Of a stretch of DNA of 64,000 nt, positions 51,078 through 63,646 are shown piece after piece (the stretch's first letter is position 1; each line of letters starts with the position of its first letter). The DNA is from Ascidiella aspersa (Eukaryota). A model generated the notes under the pieces. That model saw nothing but the letters and a program-made list of their open reading frames with translations. It was not told the origin of the DNA and ran no database searches. The stretch covers positions 29,202,001 through 29,266,000 of the forward strand of contig OZ004607.1 of NCBI GenBank assembly GCA_963924565.1, in the 5' to 3' direction. A program made the translations under genes and the position numbers.

Positions 51078-53233
51078 TGTAGCATTTAGCCTACTTTTAC
51101 GTCACTATACACGTGACCATTGTCCACTGACGTGTGACCGCCGCGCCTAGCGAATTGCTTTTCCGCATTTGACAATTCATTCTACTTTATACGTCTTGCT
51201 GATTAGCGGCTTGAATCACCGCTCCGCGTTATATCGCGTGTGTAGTGAGATTTGCGATGTAACAATCTCTAGGATGACAGAAGAAAGTTCCATTGGCAAG
51301 TTGCCCCACTATAAACTAGAGAATCGACTGCCAATCGTTTCTCTCCGAAGACGACAGATAGCTCTCCTATTAGCCACAGGATTGAATATCTTGCTAGCAC
51401 AGCCCCGAAGATGCTCAGCCCCCTTCAGCGTTCCTCAGCAATCTCGCACCTCAAAAGTGTTCGACGCACTCAAATTATTTGGATGGATTATTTCGCACCA
51501 AAGATGTCCTCGCATTCCAGAGGTCTCGACGAGGGACCCAGCAGCGAACGCTTACATGGAATAAAGCGCAAGTTAACTTCGTTTGCAACGAACCGACTAG
51601 GATTTCTTCACTACAACCCAACACCCCAGTAAGACATTTAAGTCGTTTGACGCTATAAAGACAATGTTTAAACCGTGTAAATTTCACGGCAAATGCTATA
51701 AAGCAATGCAACATATCGGTATATACTTTTCTGATACCAGTATGGGACAATTTTGTGCTCTTATTATGTAATATTTAATAAATTATGTGTAAAATGCTAC
51801 GAAGCACATAAACTGTGTTGTAAAAAGTTTTTATATCGTGTCCCGATTTTGCGTTGTTTCACACAGTGCATTTTTAAACGTCGTCCGCAGCGCCATTAAG
51901 CCATTTCCTGTTCTCACGCTTTTGTAACATTGTGCGCTGTTGGACCGGGACCATATTGGAGCTGTAATTATACAGTTTACTTATTGTTCGCGAACCGAGT
52001 TCGAATCTCGGCCGCCCCGTACAAACGTTACCCTTCACCTTTTCACCCTACCCTTTGTGAACCCACATCTACCATTGCCATACAAACATGCTGTTTGGTG
52101 GCAAGACGTATGGAGGTCCTTCTGCAATATCGAAGGTTTCATTACATCAACATGCTCCTCAACTTCAAAAGATTCCAGGCGTCCTCACAGCTCAACTACG
52201 CATCGGAACCAGCTCGTCACGAAAACAGCTTTCCGACCGCTCATTGGGATCGAATGTGATCTCAGTCTTAAGGACAACTCTGAACGCACTTCATCAAACA
52301 CTTTGTTGAACTTTACAGCACAGGAATACGTGATGCCACGTCTCTAAGCTTACCGAATTGTGCATGAAATAAATCGCAATGTATCTATTATTCGATATAT
52401 CGCATTTCATCAATGTACGCCTGAAATTTAGTTGTGTCACAAAGGGTCCGAGCGACCAAGAAAAATAATCGTTCAAACTTTGTTTATAAAACAGACAGCC
52501 TTCAGCTGTTCATTCAAGTTGCCGCAGCTTAAAAGAGCCCGGCCAAACATTTATTGCTTCCTGTATTGCATTTTCAATCGTTTGTGCCCATATATATCAC
52601 GGAGAAAAATCTTTTACAAAATCGCCCCCCAAAAAAATTATAAAAACACCCATAAAACGTTGCTCTCTTGAGTTGTAAATATATTGTTTTCTTATAACGC
52701 CACGCTTGTTTTTCGCTCGCCATTTTTGCATGCTATTTCTCTTCATGTCCCACAACTTTCGGACATGCACCCAAACCAAATCCTAATATCAATCTTTCAG
52801 ATCTCTTTTTTTCTTTAATGAACAACCCTTCCTACGTCTGACTTGTTCATTGGAAGGGGGATTCTGTAGCATTTAGCCTACTTTTACGTCACTATACACG
52901 TGACCATTGTCCACTGACGTGTGACCGCCGCGCCTAGCGAATTGCTTTTCCGCATTTGACAATTCATTCTACTTTATACGTCTTACTGATTAGCGGCTTG
53001 AATCACCGCTCTGTTTATCGCTGTATTTCTGAGATTTGTGAATATACTCTAAGAGCAACTATCTACTGAGTGGATTGTCTTTGCTTAGAGTACAAGAAGT
53101 TAAGGACAGGTATTCTAGCGGCCTGCTTCTTTGGAGTCGGATTAAGAACTTGTAAGAGACTTAGTCAGCCGTCGGCCCTCGTCTATAGGGTCAGCAGCCT
53201 TCCTATAGCTCCCAACAACCCCTCCACGCTTCA
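51078..53233 (+). mobile_element. Non-autonomous LTR retrotransposon (2156 bp, no recognisable gag/pol)
   Basis: Starts TGTAGC, ends GCTTCA, TSD ATAT, empty site in copy 1 at ~27030; polypurine tract GGAAGGGGGA 52852-52861 before the 3' LTR 52865-53233; 5' LTR matches only over 51078-51224. Confidence 0.9.
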
Positions 53234-54194
53234 ATATATTCGAATGTTTCTCGAAATAACGACATTTATAGCATAACCAAACCGATATTGGAATGTATAG
53301 TTTGTGAGTCACACGACGCAAGGTAACACAGAATGCTTGGCGCGTATGGGCTTAATAGATTTAAGTAAAACGTATAAAAAAAGTTCGCGCAAAGCGTTTT
53401 GAAAACGAAACTTGTGTAAAATAGCTTGCGGCCCACATTTGGCCCGCGGCACTTAGTTTGCCGACCACTGGCGGACCGGTACATCATGTATTGTTATCAA
53501 AAAAATTTTATATTACCTTTATTATGATGAAAAAAAATGAGGTTAAAGAACATTTTTTTGTCATGCTTTTCAACCATGACTTCTATAATATTGCTGTTTT
53601 ATCTAACATATGTGGTAAAATCCGATACAAAACAGGGTTCAAGAAATGCTCTAATGGTTTTTTAATTCTCACCAAAAATGGATTACGTTTAGGCCAGCTT
53701 CTCAGTGTTAGTGCAAACCACAATGAAAGGATATTCGTTGCGAATAAAAAACGGTAAATCAGTAGATTAATTACAGTTTTACTTGCGACAAATTCAACAA
53801 TTTCACCTCCGGAAACGTGCGAGATCAAACTTCACGATTGAACAGTGTGTGACAACTGCTCGTTTTGACATAAAATGCAATCACTTTAATGCTTTATACT
53901 GTCAGCTGTCGAAAATAATTAATTTCACGTGTCGCAAAACAGAAAATGATGACAATTGACGAAGTACGACTAGCAATATGCTGACAATTTAAATAATATA
54001 GATAGGCAGGCGTATATTGAAGTCACAACCGGCCAGGCTGTCCGAAACGAATCCCAGGGTTGGGCCCGATTTTCCAAAGCTGTTAGCTGTTACACCAGTC
54101 GCCACACTGGGTGACGTAGTTGTAATTGAGGGTAATACCCTATTTATACACTTTTCGTTTTTCATAAAAAAAGAATTCTTGGGTTTGTTTGGTA

Positions 54195-57100
54195 ATGTCG
54201 TATCTTTCAGAAGATGTAAAACTATTGCTTCGCTTTGCTACGGATACTAATGGATTCGAAGTCGACATTTCACCAGAAAAGGACATAGCTTCTTTTGTAA
54301 AAGCGTCATGCCAGCAATTTGAATTTCTGGAACTAGCTACACCCCAAGACTATTCAAAAGCTTTAACGTACCTTAAGCCTTTGTTTTTATCGGTCAATAG
54401 TTTTCAAATACCTTCGTCAGAGGAGTGGATAAGTGTTGCATCTGCATGGTTACCACAAGAAACCACGGAACGCTTAAAACGGCTTATTCCATCATTTTGT
54501 TATGATGGTAAAGTTGAAAATGTTCTTTACTTGCTGCACTTGACTGCCCTTGCTGAACGTGCACTTGGCAATGTATGTTGAAGAACTTGAAGTACTAAAA
54601 CTTAAAAAACTTGAAACTAAAGCCAAATGATTTTTTACAAGAAAATGTCTAAACTTTTGTGTCCAAACAAGACTTTGCAGACATTGTAGTTATATTTAAT
54701 CCATATTATTTGTACTATGAAATGGTGAACTGCAATAACTTAGGACAATGCCTTGAGTTAAGTGCACTTAAATCACATTTTTTAAATGACTTGACTTTAC
54801 TTAGGTCTTTCGGACAAATGATGTTACATATTTGTTATTTTTGAGTTGAGTTATTGCTTATATTTGAATGAGTTTACCAATTTGAATAGTTTAATTTATG
54901 TTTATGACAAAGACTTGCCTTGCCCTTATTATGACTTTACAAAGACTTGATTTGGGCAAGTGATAACTTGGACTTGGGCTTGACTTTTTTATTTATTTAA
55001 AAAGACTTGACTTGGACTTCAATTGGAAATGACCGGCTTGCAGCACTGCTATGATTTGCCAAACTTAAAACATAATTTTAAATATCGGAATATTTTAAAA
55101 TGTTAAATATTCCATATGCATTCAGGTATATGTGACAACAGGAAAAGTTTGTCCTTTTTTGCTTCGTGACCTACTAGCAAGTCATGAACTTGAAACAATT
55201 TGTTCCAAGACAAGAATGAAGCTTTTGAGGGTGTTTCTTGGTGGGCCTTTTAGTCTCAACCTCAGGAATCTTTTGTGGCATGGATTTCTTGCACCAGATG
55301 AACTTCCAGAAGTGTATGTAGCTATTTTATTACTAATACTGGTGAATTTTTGTTTTATTAAAGTTTATATAGATATATTTATACATATTTAGGTGTTGCC
55401 ATGCCTTGTTTCATATTTTGTATGATATATTTTTACATTTAAAATGGCAACAATTTATTCCAAATGTGATTCCAAGACCCCAAGCGGATATAGCTTTCCA
55501 AATGTCCATTTTGAAACATCAGTTTCCAGGTGATGTGGCAGTTTAGTTTGTTGAAAAATTATTTAAGAAGCAGTCGACCTTATTTTTGAAATTTATATTT
55601 AACAGTAAGATTCATGTATGAAGAAATTGAAAGCATTGAATCATTGATGAGATCCTCCAGTTTAATCTCTAAATCAATGCTTCCCTATTGTGAATTTGGA
55701 CTTCATAAGTATTCAGAGAAACGGTATTTTTAGACCTAAATTTTGTTGTTTCATCCTAAAGCAATCAGTAGGGCGATTAATTTTGCCTTGTCAAAAAAGT
55801 CAAAATTTTGTCAAAATTTACTCGTTAGGTCAATATTTGTCAATATATGTTTAAAGTCATTTTAACTGCATTATATCTTTATTACAGCAATTTACAGTAT
55901 AAAAAAGCGTGATTAACGACGCCTAGGTTTTATCAATGTATTTCTAACAGGTCAAAATTTTGTCAAAATAAATTACAAAATTTGTCAAAATTTTAATTTT
56001 TTAGGTCAAAATTTTAATTTTTTAGGTCAAAAAATAATCGCGCTAGTAATTACATATATTAAATTAAAGCTAGTTGGTAAACCCCCAATTTCAAACTAAT
56101 ATTGGAAATGTTAGTACATTCATCATTGTAGGTATTCGGATGCTTTGGTTGTGCTTTTACCTCAGCTGGAACATATTTTGCGCAAAAGGTTTTCACTGTG
56201 CAATGACTGTCCAGAACGAGTCATGACTGCACATTCCACTGAATTCTACACTACATTGGATGAAGTAACTTGTTTGTTAAATTTTCATTTAATGTGATTC
56301 TGCATTCATTTTGTTTTTAATAATCTGGAAATTTATGCCATTATGAGCTACAACCTAAAAATAACTTATAATTGTTGTAATTGATCTGCAAAATTATCAA
56401 TCTAATTATTTAGGAATGAATGGTTCGTAATAACTATATATGTTTACATAAACATTAACTTTAAAACAATATTTATTTACAGATACTAGCAGAGAATTTG
56501 GGGCATGGGAAAGCAAACAAGATGAAGGACAGCCTGGGCGAAAGTTTTATGGTCAGCTTTTGTTTAGGCATTGAACACCTAGTAATATTCAGTATTTTAA
56601 AATCAACACGACTATTGAAAAGTTACCAGGTTTGGGTCCACATTGTTTGTATTTCTATCTGTGAGAAATTGCGGGATACTTAACATTGAGTGTAGTCTTT
56701 GTGTACCCACTAAAAATTCTTTCCATGCTGTATATAATTCAAGAATAAAGTCAATACGCCATACACAATAAATGTATTACTAAACCATATATTTAGCGTT
56801 GTTACACTAAAATCCTTATCTTTTTGTATATGGGCTAACTTGTTGTGCAAATAGGTGCAGAACTGGCTACCAGGTAAACTAATAGAAAACATTTGTCAAT
56901 TACAAAAAATGTGATTCCTATACGTGTGCTCACGTTCAAACGTCAATACCGTTACTTTACCCACAGTGTTTCTCAGCCCTTTATGGCTAGTAGCAACCCT
57001 CAGAAAAAAATAAATAGATTACGGCACCCCTACAAGATGTTTCCGTTGGTAATGCACTATAATGTCACAATAAACGCAAAAAGGAACAACACACATCAAC

Positions 57101-60100
57101 TCTAAACATTGTAGGAAGTTACAATTAGATTTATTCCACTGTAATCTTGCACAAAAATTCGTAAGCAAAAAATTTGAGCTAAAATCAGATTCTTAAAGAT
57201 TCTCAAATATCTCTCGGCACCCTTGAAAATTAGAAATAGCACTTGGAAAAATACCTCAGTTGAGAACCACTGCCTTACGGCGTCAGTACAGTGGCGAAAT
57301 TGATAAAATCAAAACTAAGTGTAATGTTTTAAGGTTGTGAGACCAAGATCTTATTTACTGGTAAAAGAACTAAGTTCCTATTAACTATTAAAATGTCATT
57401 TAAAAAAAATAATTTTGGATGTTTACTTCGCTGCATTGCACATTATGGTTGAAATGATCACAATAATTTGTATCGCATTGGCATTGATAACACCAGAGTA
57501 TAATCGTGTTTGATACAAACACTTGGCATCGGGCTCCGATCCAATATTATAGCCTTAAATAAGCCTTAGTCGTTTCGGGGTAGGTTTTCCTGATCGACCT
57601 CTTTAACATGCCTGACGGTCCACGACTGCGCGACAGACTTTCACACGGGGAACTGCCCATTTCGCAAGTCGACAGGTACGTGGCCGACCTGGTCTTGCTT
57701 GCCATCATCGGCGCCACAAATCACGCCTCCGACTCGCCTGTACTCGAAGAGGACTGTGTCACAAACGAGGCACTTTTGGGGCGAGTACGCGAGTCGATCG
57801 CGAGTTACGAGTCGCTTTTTCACCCGCTCGCCTTCGCCAAGCGCGACTGTGTCGCTGCCTTGGACGAGTGCGCTGAATTGGAAGCCCTATTGGAAAATGG
57901 TGAACTAATAAAACCAACTGATTCGGAAGCGGACGAATCGCTAGTGGCGGTGCGACTCGCCCTGGACGAGTTTCTGAATTCGGATTACGCTGTTGTTGGC
58001 GGATCGTCAGGCATTCCGGGGTCAAGTGAAGAGCAGTTCGTCGATTTCCTAATGTCAAGGTTTCTGGCGACCCTCAGCAGGTATTTTTATATGTTTAACT
58101 TGGTCAACTGTCACCAGATTAGGCCAGATGTGGTCCACGGGGTACATAGCTACGGTTGTTGTATATTGCCCTAATTACGGTAAAACACAGTTTTACATAT
58201 GGTTTAATACAAAGTAAACTTCGATAAATTTTAAACTCCACTACATTTTTTTATAAAGCTCGCTTTATATTTTCTGTGTACAGTTGACAATCCTAATTCC
58301 CTAATTAACTGAAAATGTTTTACCAAATAAATAACAGTACATTGAATGCACATGGTCATACATCGTGCATATACTATCAAATAAGAGAAACAACTAACCC
58401 GATTATGCCGGAATAGCAACAGCTTTCTATGTCCCGACCCGAGACATATGGGGATTGCGCATAGTGTGACCCGCACTTGAAAAACTATACCTTAAGCCAG
58501 TTTTTGTTTTTGACGCAACTTTGTTTGACGGAGTTTTTTGCTTTATCATGGAAACATGCGAAGAATTGTACAAACTGTACCAAAAAAGCGCCAATTGATC
58601 TTTGTCATTTATACCCTTATAAGAAAAGAATTGCGATCTTATTCCAATTAACTGTAAATAATAATTTAATTAGCAGTTTAAAATTTAGTTGCATTTTTAG
58701 TTAAAGCAAATTCGGTAATTCTAATCTTCACATGTATAGTCCTAACGTATGACCCTGGAACTCAAAATAAAATCGACATCATTTTCGCGCTATACCAACG
58801 ACGTAATATATCAAATTTTAAGCTTAATTTCCCACATAATCACACGATGTGTTGATTTTGTATGGATATAACCAGTACCAAACGTACGTGGTCCGAACTT
58901 TGTACTAATTTGTATACGTCAGAAAATTGTATAACTATCATGGTAAATAAACTTACCATTAAAAAGGGGTTAACATTTCCGTTTAAACTAAAATTACCGT
59001 GCAGATCAGGTGCTGAAAACGCCGAAGCTGCCAACCTCCTTCGCCAGATTGCCACTGGCGCTCGACAAACTGCCACCAACCTACTGGCAAGTGTCACGGA
59101 GAGGACCAAGGACTTTGCTGAACGTCGCTTGCGATCAAGACAGCGTAAAAACTACCAACGCCTGTTGCTTTGGTAAGTCGCTTACGCTTATTTAAGGTTC
59201 TCTCTTGTGCAGTTAATTTACAAGAAATTGGTAAAAAAAAGCTAATATTAGCTTATGAGCGCGATTATTGCCAATCGTGATGGCAATAACCGTCAGTTGG
59301 CGCTGTAAGCATAAACTTTTTTTTTAATTGTCCTAAATCCTCTATCGCCAGATGGCGCTGTCGACACAAACTTGATAAAAATCACCATGCTTAAACTTAA
59401 CCGCAGAATGGCGCTACGAACAAACATTCTTAAACTATTATGGAATTATACTTAGGCGGTACTGTGATCATTAACCGCCATAAAAGTTCAACGCAGACAA
59501 CTTAGCAGTCAAACAGCACTGTGAACTTTCTAAATTCTTTTCACGAAAACTCGCCATTTACTATTTTCAATGACTTGCATTCTTGTTCCTCGGACTTGCA
59601 AATGTCAGAACATGCGAAAAGAGCGCACATACGGCGCAAGGCAACGTGGCCTAGAGACCTCCTGTTGACCTCGAAAACAGCATATTTTCATCACACATGC
59701 AGGCGCCGAGATTGCCCCACAGCCAGCGCCGACATGCTTTTTGCGCGTTTCTCGATTCTCGAAAAAAAGAAAAAACCCTGTTTATCGTACCGATGTTTTG
59801 TCATGTAACACTGCGTTCGACGGCGCCCGATCTTTGCATGTTAGCGTTTTCGAAGTCTTGGCCTTTGGGGAGCCAGCGAAAGCATTACTCGAGGTCGACC
59901 TATAAACGGCCACTTTTTTTTTGAGAATCGCTTACTTTCTTTCAAATCTTTTAAAGATCAAGCATTTGGTTAAATGTGTCCAGAGTTATCAACGGAGAGG
60001 GCCAAATTGTGTAAAAATCCACGCTATTCCCTTGAAAACAACGTACATAGTGTTATTTCTATAGCGGTGCAAAAACTTTAAACAAACCAAATGAATCCTT

Positions 60101-63100
60101 GAATCGAACTTAATTATACTATAATAATGTATCAGTCCCAAAGTTTAATCCGTACAACAATCCAGCACGCCTCGCCTTTACCGGTGTTTTATAAGCTTAT
60201 CGTAAAGAAAGTGTTACGGACTTCGTGGCTTTACCTAAACGCTATGCTACAAGCAAAAAAATCCCAGACACGTCGACACAGCTTGGCCCAAACGAAAGAT
60301 GGCGTAAAACCGCGATAAGCCCCTTACATGCAACCCGAAATCTGCTCGTGCTAATCTACTTCCAGCTTCGTGAGTCGTTCGCGTTTTAAGGGATGTTTGC
60401 AAGGTTTCTTCCGGACGCCTTCACCGTGTTTTGCGGCCGCAGTGATGGATAGGAACACATAAGCGCAGCTGCAGTCGGGTTGAAAAGGCCAGGATACACT
60501 TTGAAGTTGCCCGAAATGCCATTAAAGCGTTTATTCTGTAGATTCCACCTCGTGTTCTATTTTTAACTAAGGTCTTCATCTTGATTGATCTCGTGCTTAT
60601 TTTCTGTTCGCATTTGTACTGGGGACTTCAAATTTGCGTGTTGAGATATCCAATGCTTCGTATTTTATTCCGATACCGAAACGCGAAATTTTGCGCGAAA
60701 TGTACAACGTTCCCTTGCGAAACAGAATGACCATCAAGGAAGCAAATTAATGGATCAGAACATGCAAACGGAATGTTTGCCGGCTTATCCAGTCGAATTT
60801 GCTATAGCGTTGGAGCGCTTAGGTGCCTTTGATTGATAATTTAGTTACCCTGGATACTAATCTACTATTCACTTGGAATGTTGCCATTTAATGTAGAAAA
60901 CCCTTTGAGTTGGGCCATAAATCAAGGCTGAGATATACAAACTAATTTGATATCGGAACGTCACTAATACCACTAGTTCTCGCCGCTGAACATCGGGTCT
61001 CGGATCAGATCCAATATTATCGAACAACCCGAAAAACCTCTTGTTTACCCTGTTTTCTTTATGTTTTATTGCTATTTTTTGTCTTACCAAATTTTGTTAA
61101 ATTTAGACGACAAAGCTCGCGTTTTAACTTAGCTTTTTCTTTAGGAGGAGTAAATCCATTGTTTTAGTAGGGGTACATCTCAGCCGTTGGCACATGTTCG
61201 GCCGATTTTCATTTAGAAAATGTATGACATAAAGTTCCCTAAATTAATTTAAACTTAGTCATATACAGTCTACGCCGAATGCCGCAACATGCTTAACGTT
61301 TGATTCTGTGTGCCCGTAAAATAACTTATATCCTATTCTTTATTGCCTTGTGAACAGTTGCCCGGTCGTGGCGGCTGGTGTGCGTCACATCTCCATCGCT
61401 GTCCTGGTCTCCATTCATCACCGATTCGGACCCGGGAGTGGTCGGGGCTTCAAGACTTACCGGAGGTGAGTACGCGTTGTTTCACGTTATTTGTTCCGTA
61501 ACAGGCGACCTTCGCTTGCCAAGTTCGCTTGCTGGCATCGTAATGTAATACCACGGTGTGTGCTGATTTTCGAAATTGAAAATATTCTACTGGCGAAGGC
61601 ACCACTGACGTCCCCCATTATGTCGTCCCCCATTATGTTCGTTTACGCCAACTTCACCTTTAGCAGAGAAACGATAGGAAACTACCAACAGCGTTCTTGT
61701 TCTTAAACTCAAAGTCGAATAAATTTATACTGTAGACCGGTCATGTTTAAATGGCGGATCGCTATCCGGTTTCGGATATTTTCATCGTTTTGCGCGGATC
61801 TTCTAATGTAGTCTTGAAAAAATAAACTTTCTACAGTTTTTGTCAAATGTTGATAAACTTTGCAAAAAATCAAGCATAGAACCAGACTCCCAAATGCTAA
61901 TCTTTGTGAGCGTTTGAGAATATCAGTAAGCGGCAGAAAGTCCCAATTCGATGCTATTATGCTAAAGTCTAAAACAGGGGTCGGCAACCTACGGCCCGCG
62001 GGCCTCTTTGGCAAACTTACGAGCCCATTTCAAATACTTGTTGACTATTTTAACTACGTAAGTGCGAAAAATTTTCCCACTTAGCGCGAATCATCTTTCT
62101 ACGTCCGGCTTGTTAACGTTTTGATGTGGTCTTTTGAACTAGATCAGCGCTTCGTTACCGGAAAACGTATTCAAAAATATTGCACATATATTTTCAGTTA
62201 ACATTTTGTGCGGCTTACAAAGACCTTTCTGAGTTTGGTGTTGGCCCGCGACTAGAAAAAAGTTGCCGACCCCTGGTCTAAACCAACTAATCAATTTTCT
62301 CACTGAAACAGTCTTGGTGCTGTAGGACACTTCACTTTTGACAAAGTTATCAATATGTTGTAGGGTACGTTTACATAAATAAAGCACCATAAAAATTAAA
62401 GCGTGTTCAATATGTTTACTATTCGTATTTGGTGGATCATCATGTTGTCCGGTTTGGCTATGGTGGATCATGGCAGAAATCATTTGAACATCCCTGCTGT
62501 AGACCCATGCTTAACCGGTTTGGCATTTCGATAATTTAAATATTGTTGAAATTGAAATTAGAACTCCTCTGAATTGTTTCTGCATGCAAATTTCCTTGAA
62601 AGATTAATCATTCTGCAGTGCATCAGAGGCTTCACAAAACTGGTTGGGCGATGTTTTGTAAAGACTACACACCGTTTCAGTTGTTTATTAAATCTGTTGC
62701 GTTGTTGCTTGACGGAAGGCTTCCGACGCTATCGACTATCACGAAACTTGTCAGTAAATTTCCTTATCAAGGTGTGATCGCGCAGGCGTAGCGTGGCAAT
62801 CTGTGTTCAGTGTTTTCGATTTCTCATTTTTGTTTTGCAAAACGCATCTGCGAATAGGTGTGCCACAGAAAACAAAGAAAAAAGAGCGCGTGTAGCGAAC
62901 TGTTACATCATCGAAGCGGTTTTACTATGAAATAGGGATGGTTTGCGAAAACAATTTTGTCTTCTGCTGATTTCGACACTTCGTCAAACTAGATTTCTTC
63001 TCATCATAAGGGTACTTCGAATAATCAGTTTTTAATAAAAAATAAAAAAACAAAGCAGTTTATTAAAGGTTTTATTTTTTGTTTTTATGCAACCAAATAG

Positions 63101-63646
63101 CATAGCAAAAATGTAATTGGAATATTCTACCAATAAAGTTTCAAATCGTTTATCTTTTATACCCTTTTCAAAACACTAATGTATTAAATTGTAACTTATC
63201 TGCTAAAGCAGACATGTCTATACTTTCTTGTCCAAATTTTATGTCACTATATATCGCGGTAAATGTACAGGAACAACGCACAAAACAAAAAAATCAACGG
63301 ATGTTTTATCAACTCTTTTAATGCTGTACGAGCCATTACTGAGTGTGTCAAGTTATAAAAATATCAATAAAATCATTGTACATGTTTATCTATCGCACGC
63401 GACAGATTTTTTTTCATGTTGCTTAAACAGATTTTTTCTATGTTGCTAAAACATTCCACGGGTCTGCAAGATCAGAAATCAAAGCCCGAAATTCTTATAC
63501 AAGATTTCTTTTTATTCGGCTATCGCAGACGTTTTAAGCAGTTGCTCCAAATCAGCGAGAAGCTGGCCAACTTCACAACGATCGACGTTCACAAGTGGGA
63601 TGAGGCCGCTGCCCTGGTGACCCGGATCCCCCAGTTTGACCCCTAA
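54195..63646 (+). CDS. ERMARD: ER membrane-associated RNA degradation protein (C6orf70, DUF4209), ~637 aa, 10 exons
   Basis: Exons 54195-54572, 55126-55313, 55393-55529, 55606-55723, 56132-56264, 56483-56551, 57584-58080, 59005-59172, 61358-61465, 63529-63646; GT-AG, phase-compatible. Motifs [72 protein letters not shown] match recalled human ERMARD. Confidence 0.93.
54585..55048. mobile_element. Degenerate GACTTG-repeat MITE remnant in ERMARD intron 1
   Basis: Dense GACTTG/AACTTG repeats ending GCTTGCAGCACTG; left end unclear. Confidence 0.45.
55769..56045. mobile_element. MITE-like element with TTTTGTCAAAA repeats
   Basis: Ends TAGGGCGATT / AATCGCGCTA; repeated GTCAAAATTTT; weak TSD. Confidence 0.5.
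56964..57272. mobile_element. hAT-like MITE (CGGCACCC family)
   Basis: TIRs CAGTGTTTCTCA / TTGAGAACCACTG; TSD not evident. Confidence 0.6.
61975..62275. mobile_element. hAT (Charlie-like) MITE
   Basis: TIRs CAGGGGTCGGCAAC / GTTGCCGACCCCTG; TSD gtctaaaa/gtctaaac; GGCCCGCG subterminal motifs. Confidence 0.9.

Larger units (their letters stand above)
27735..54152 (+). repeat. Tandem segmental duplication, copy 2 (~26.4 kb including insertions)
   Basis: Collinear with 5057-27734; longer mainly because of a solo LTR, a 2.16-kb LTR element and other indels. Confidence 0.95.

Noticed and set aside
51169-52779. Several 60-135 aa ORFs inside the LTR element
   Set aside because: No gag zinc knuckle, protease, RT (YxDD), RNase H or integrase motif; mostly non-ATG starts
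5057-54152. The two copies as an uncollapsed-haplotype assembly artefact
   Set aside because: Junction lies inside a coding exon with 1-nt homology and the second aftiphilin has independent disabling lesions; still needs read-level confirmation
55132-55392. ERMARD exon 2 read to 55341/55392 giving a hydrophobic [13 protein letters not shown] segment
   Set aside because: Only the donor at 55314 (phase 2) joins in frame to exon 55393-55529; the hydrophobic stretch is intronic
59770-59925. GC-rich stretch ending in a T9 run, possible Pol III ncRNA
   Set aside because: No recognisable A/B boxes, snRNA, 7SL, RNase P/MRP or snoRNA motifs
60323-60480. Possible antisense nested exon in ERMARD intron 8 ([21 protein letters not shown]...)
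   Set aside because: Only one ~38-codon open frame, no partner exons or recognisable homology
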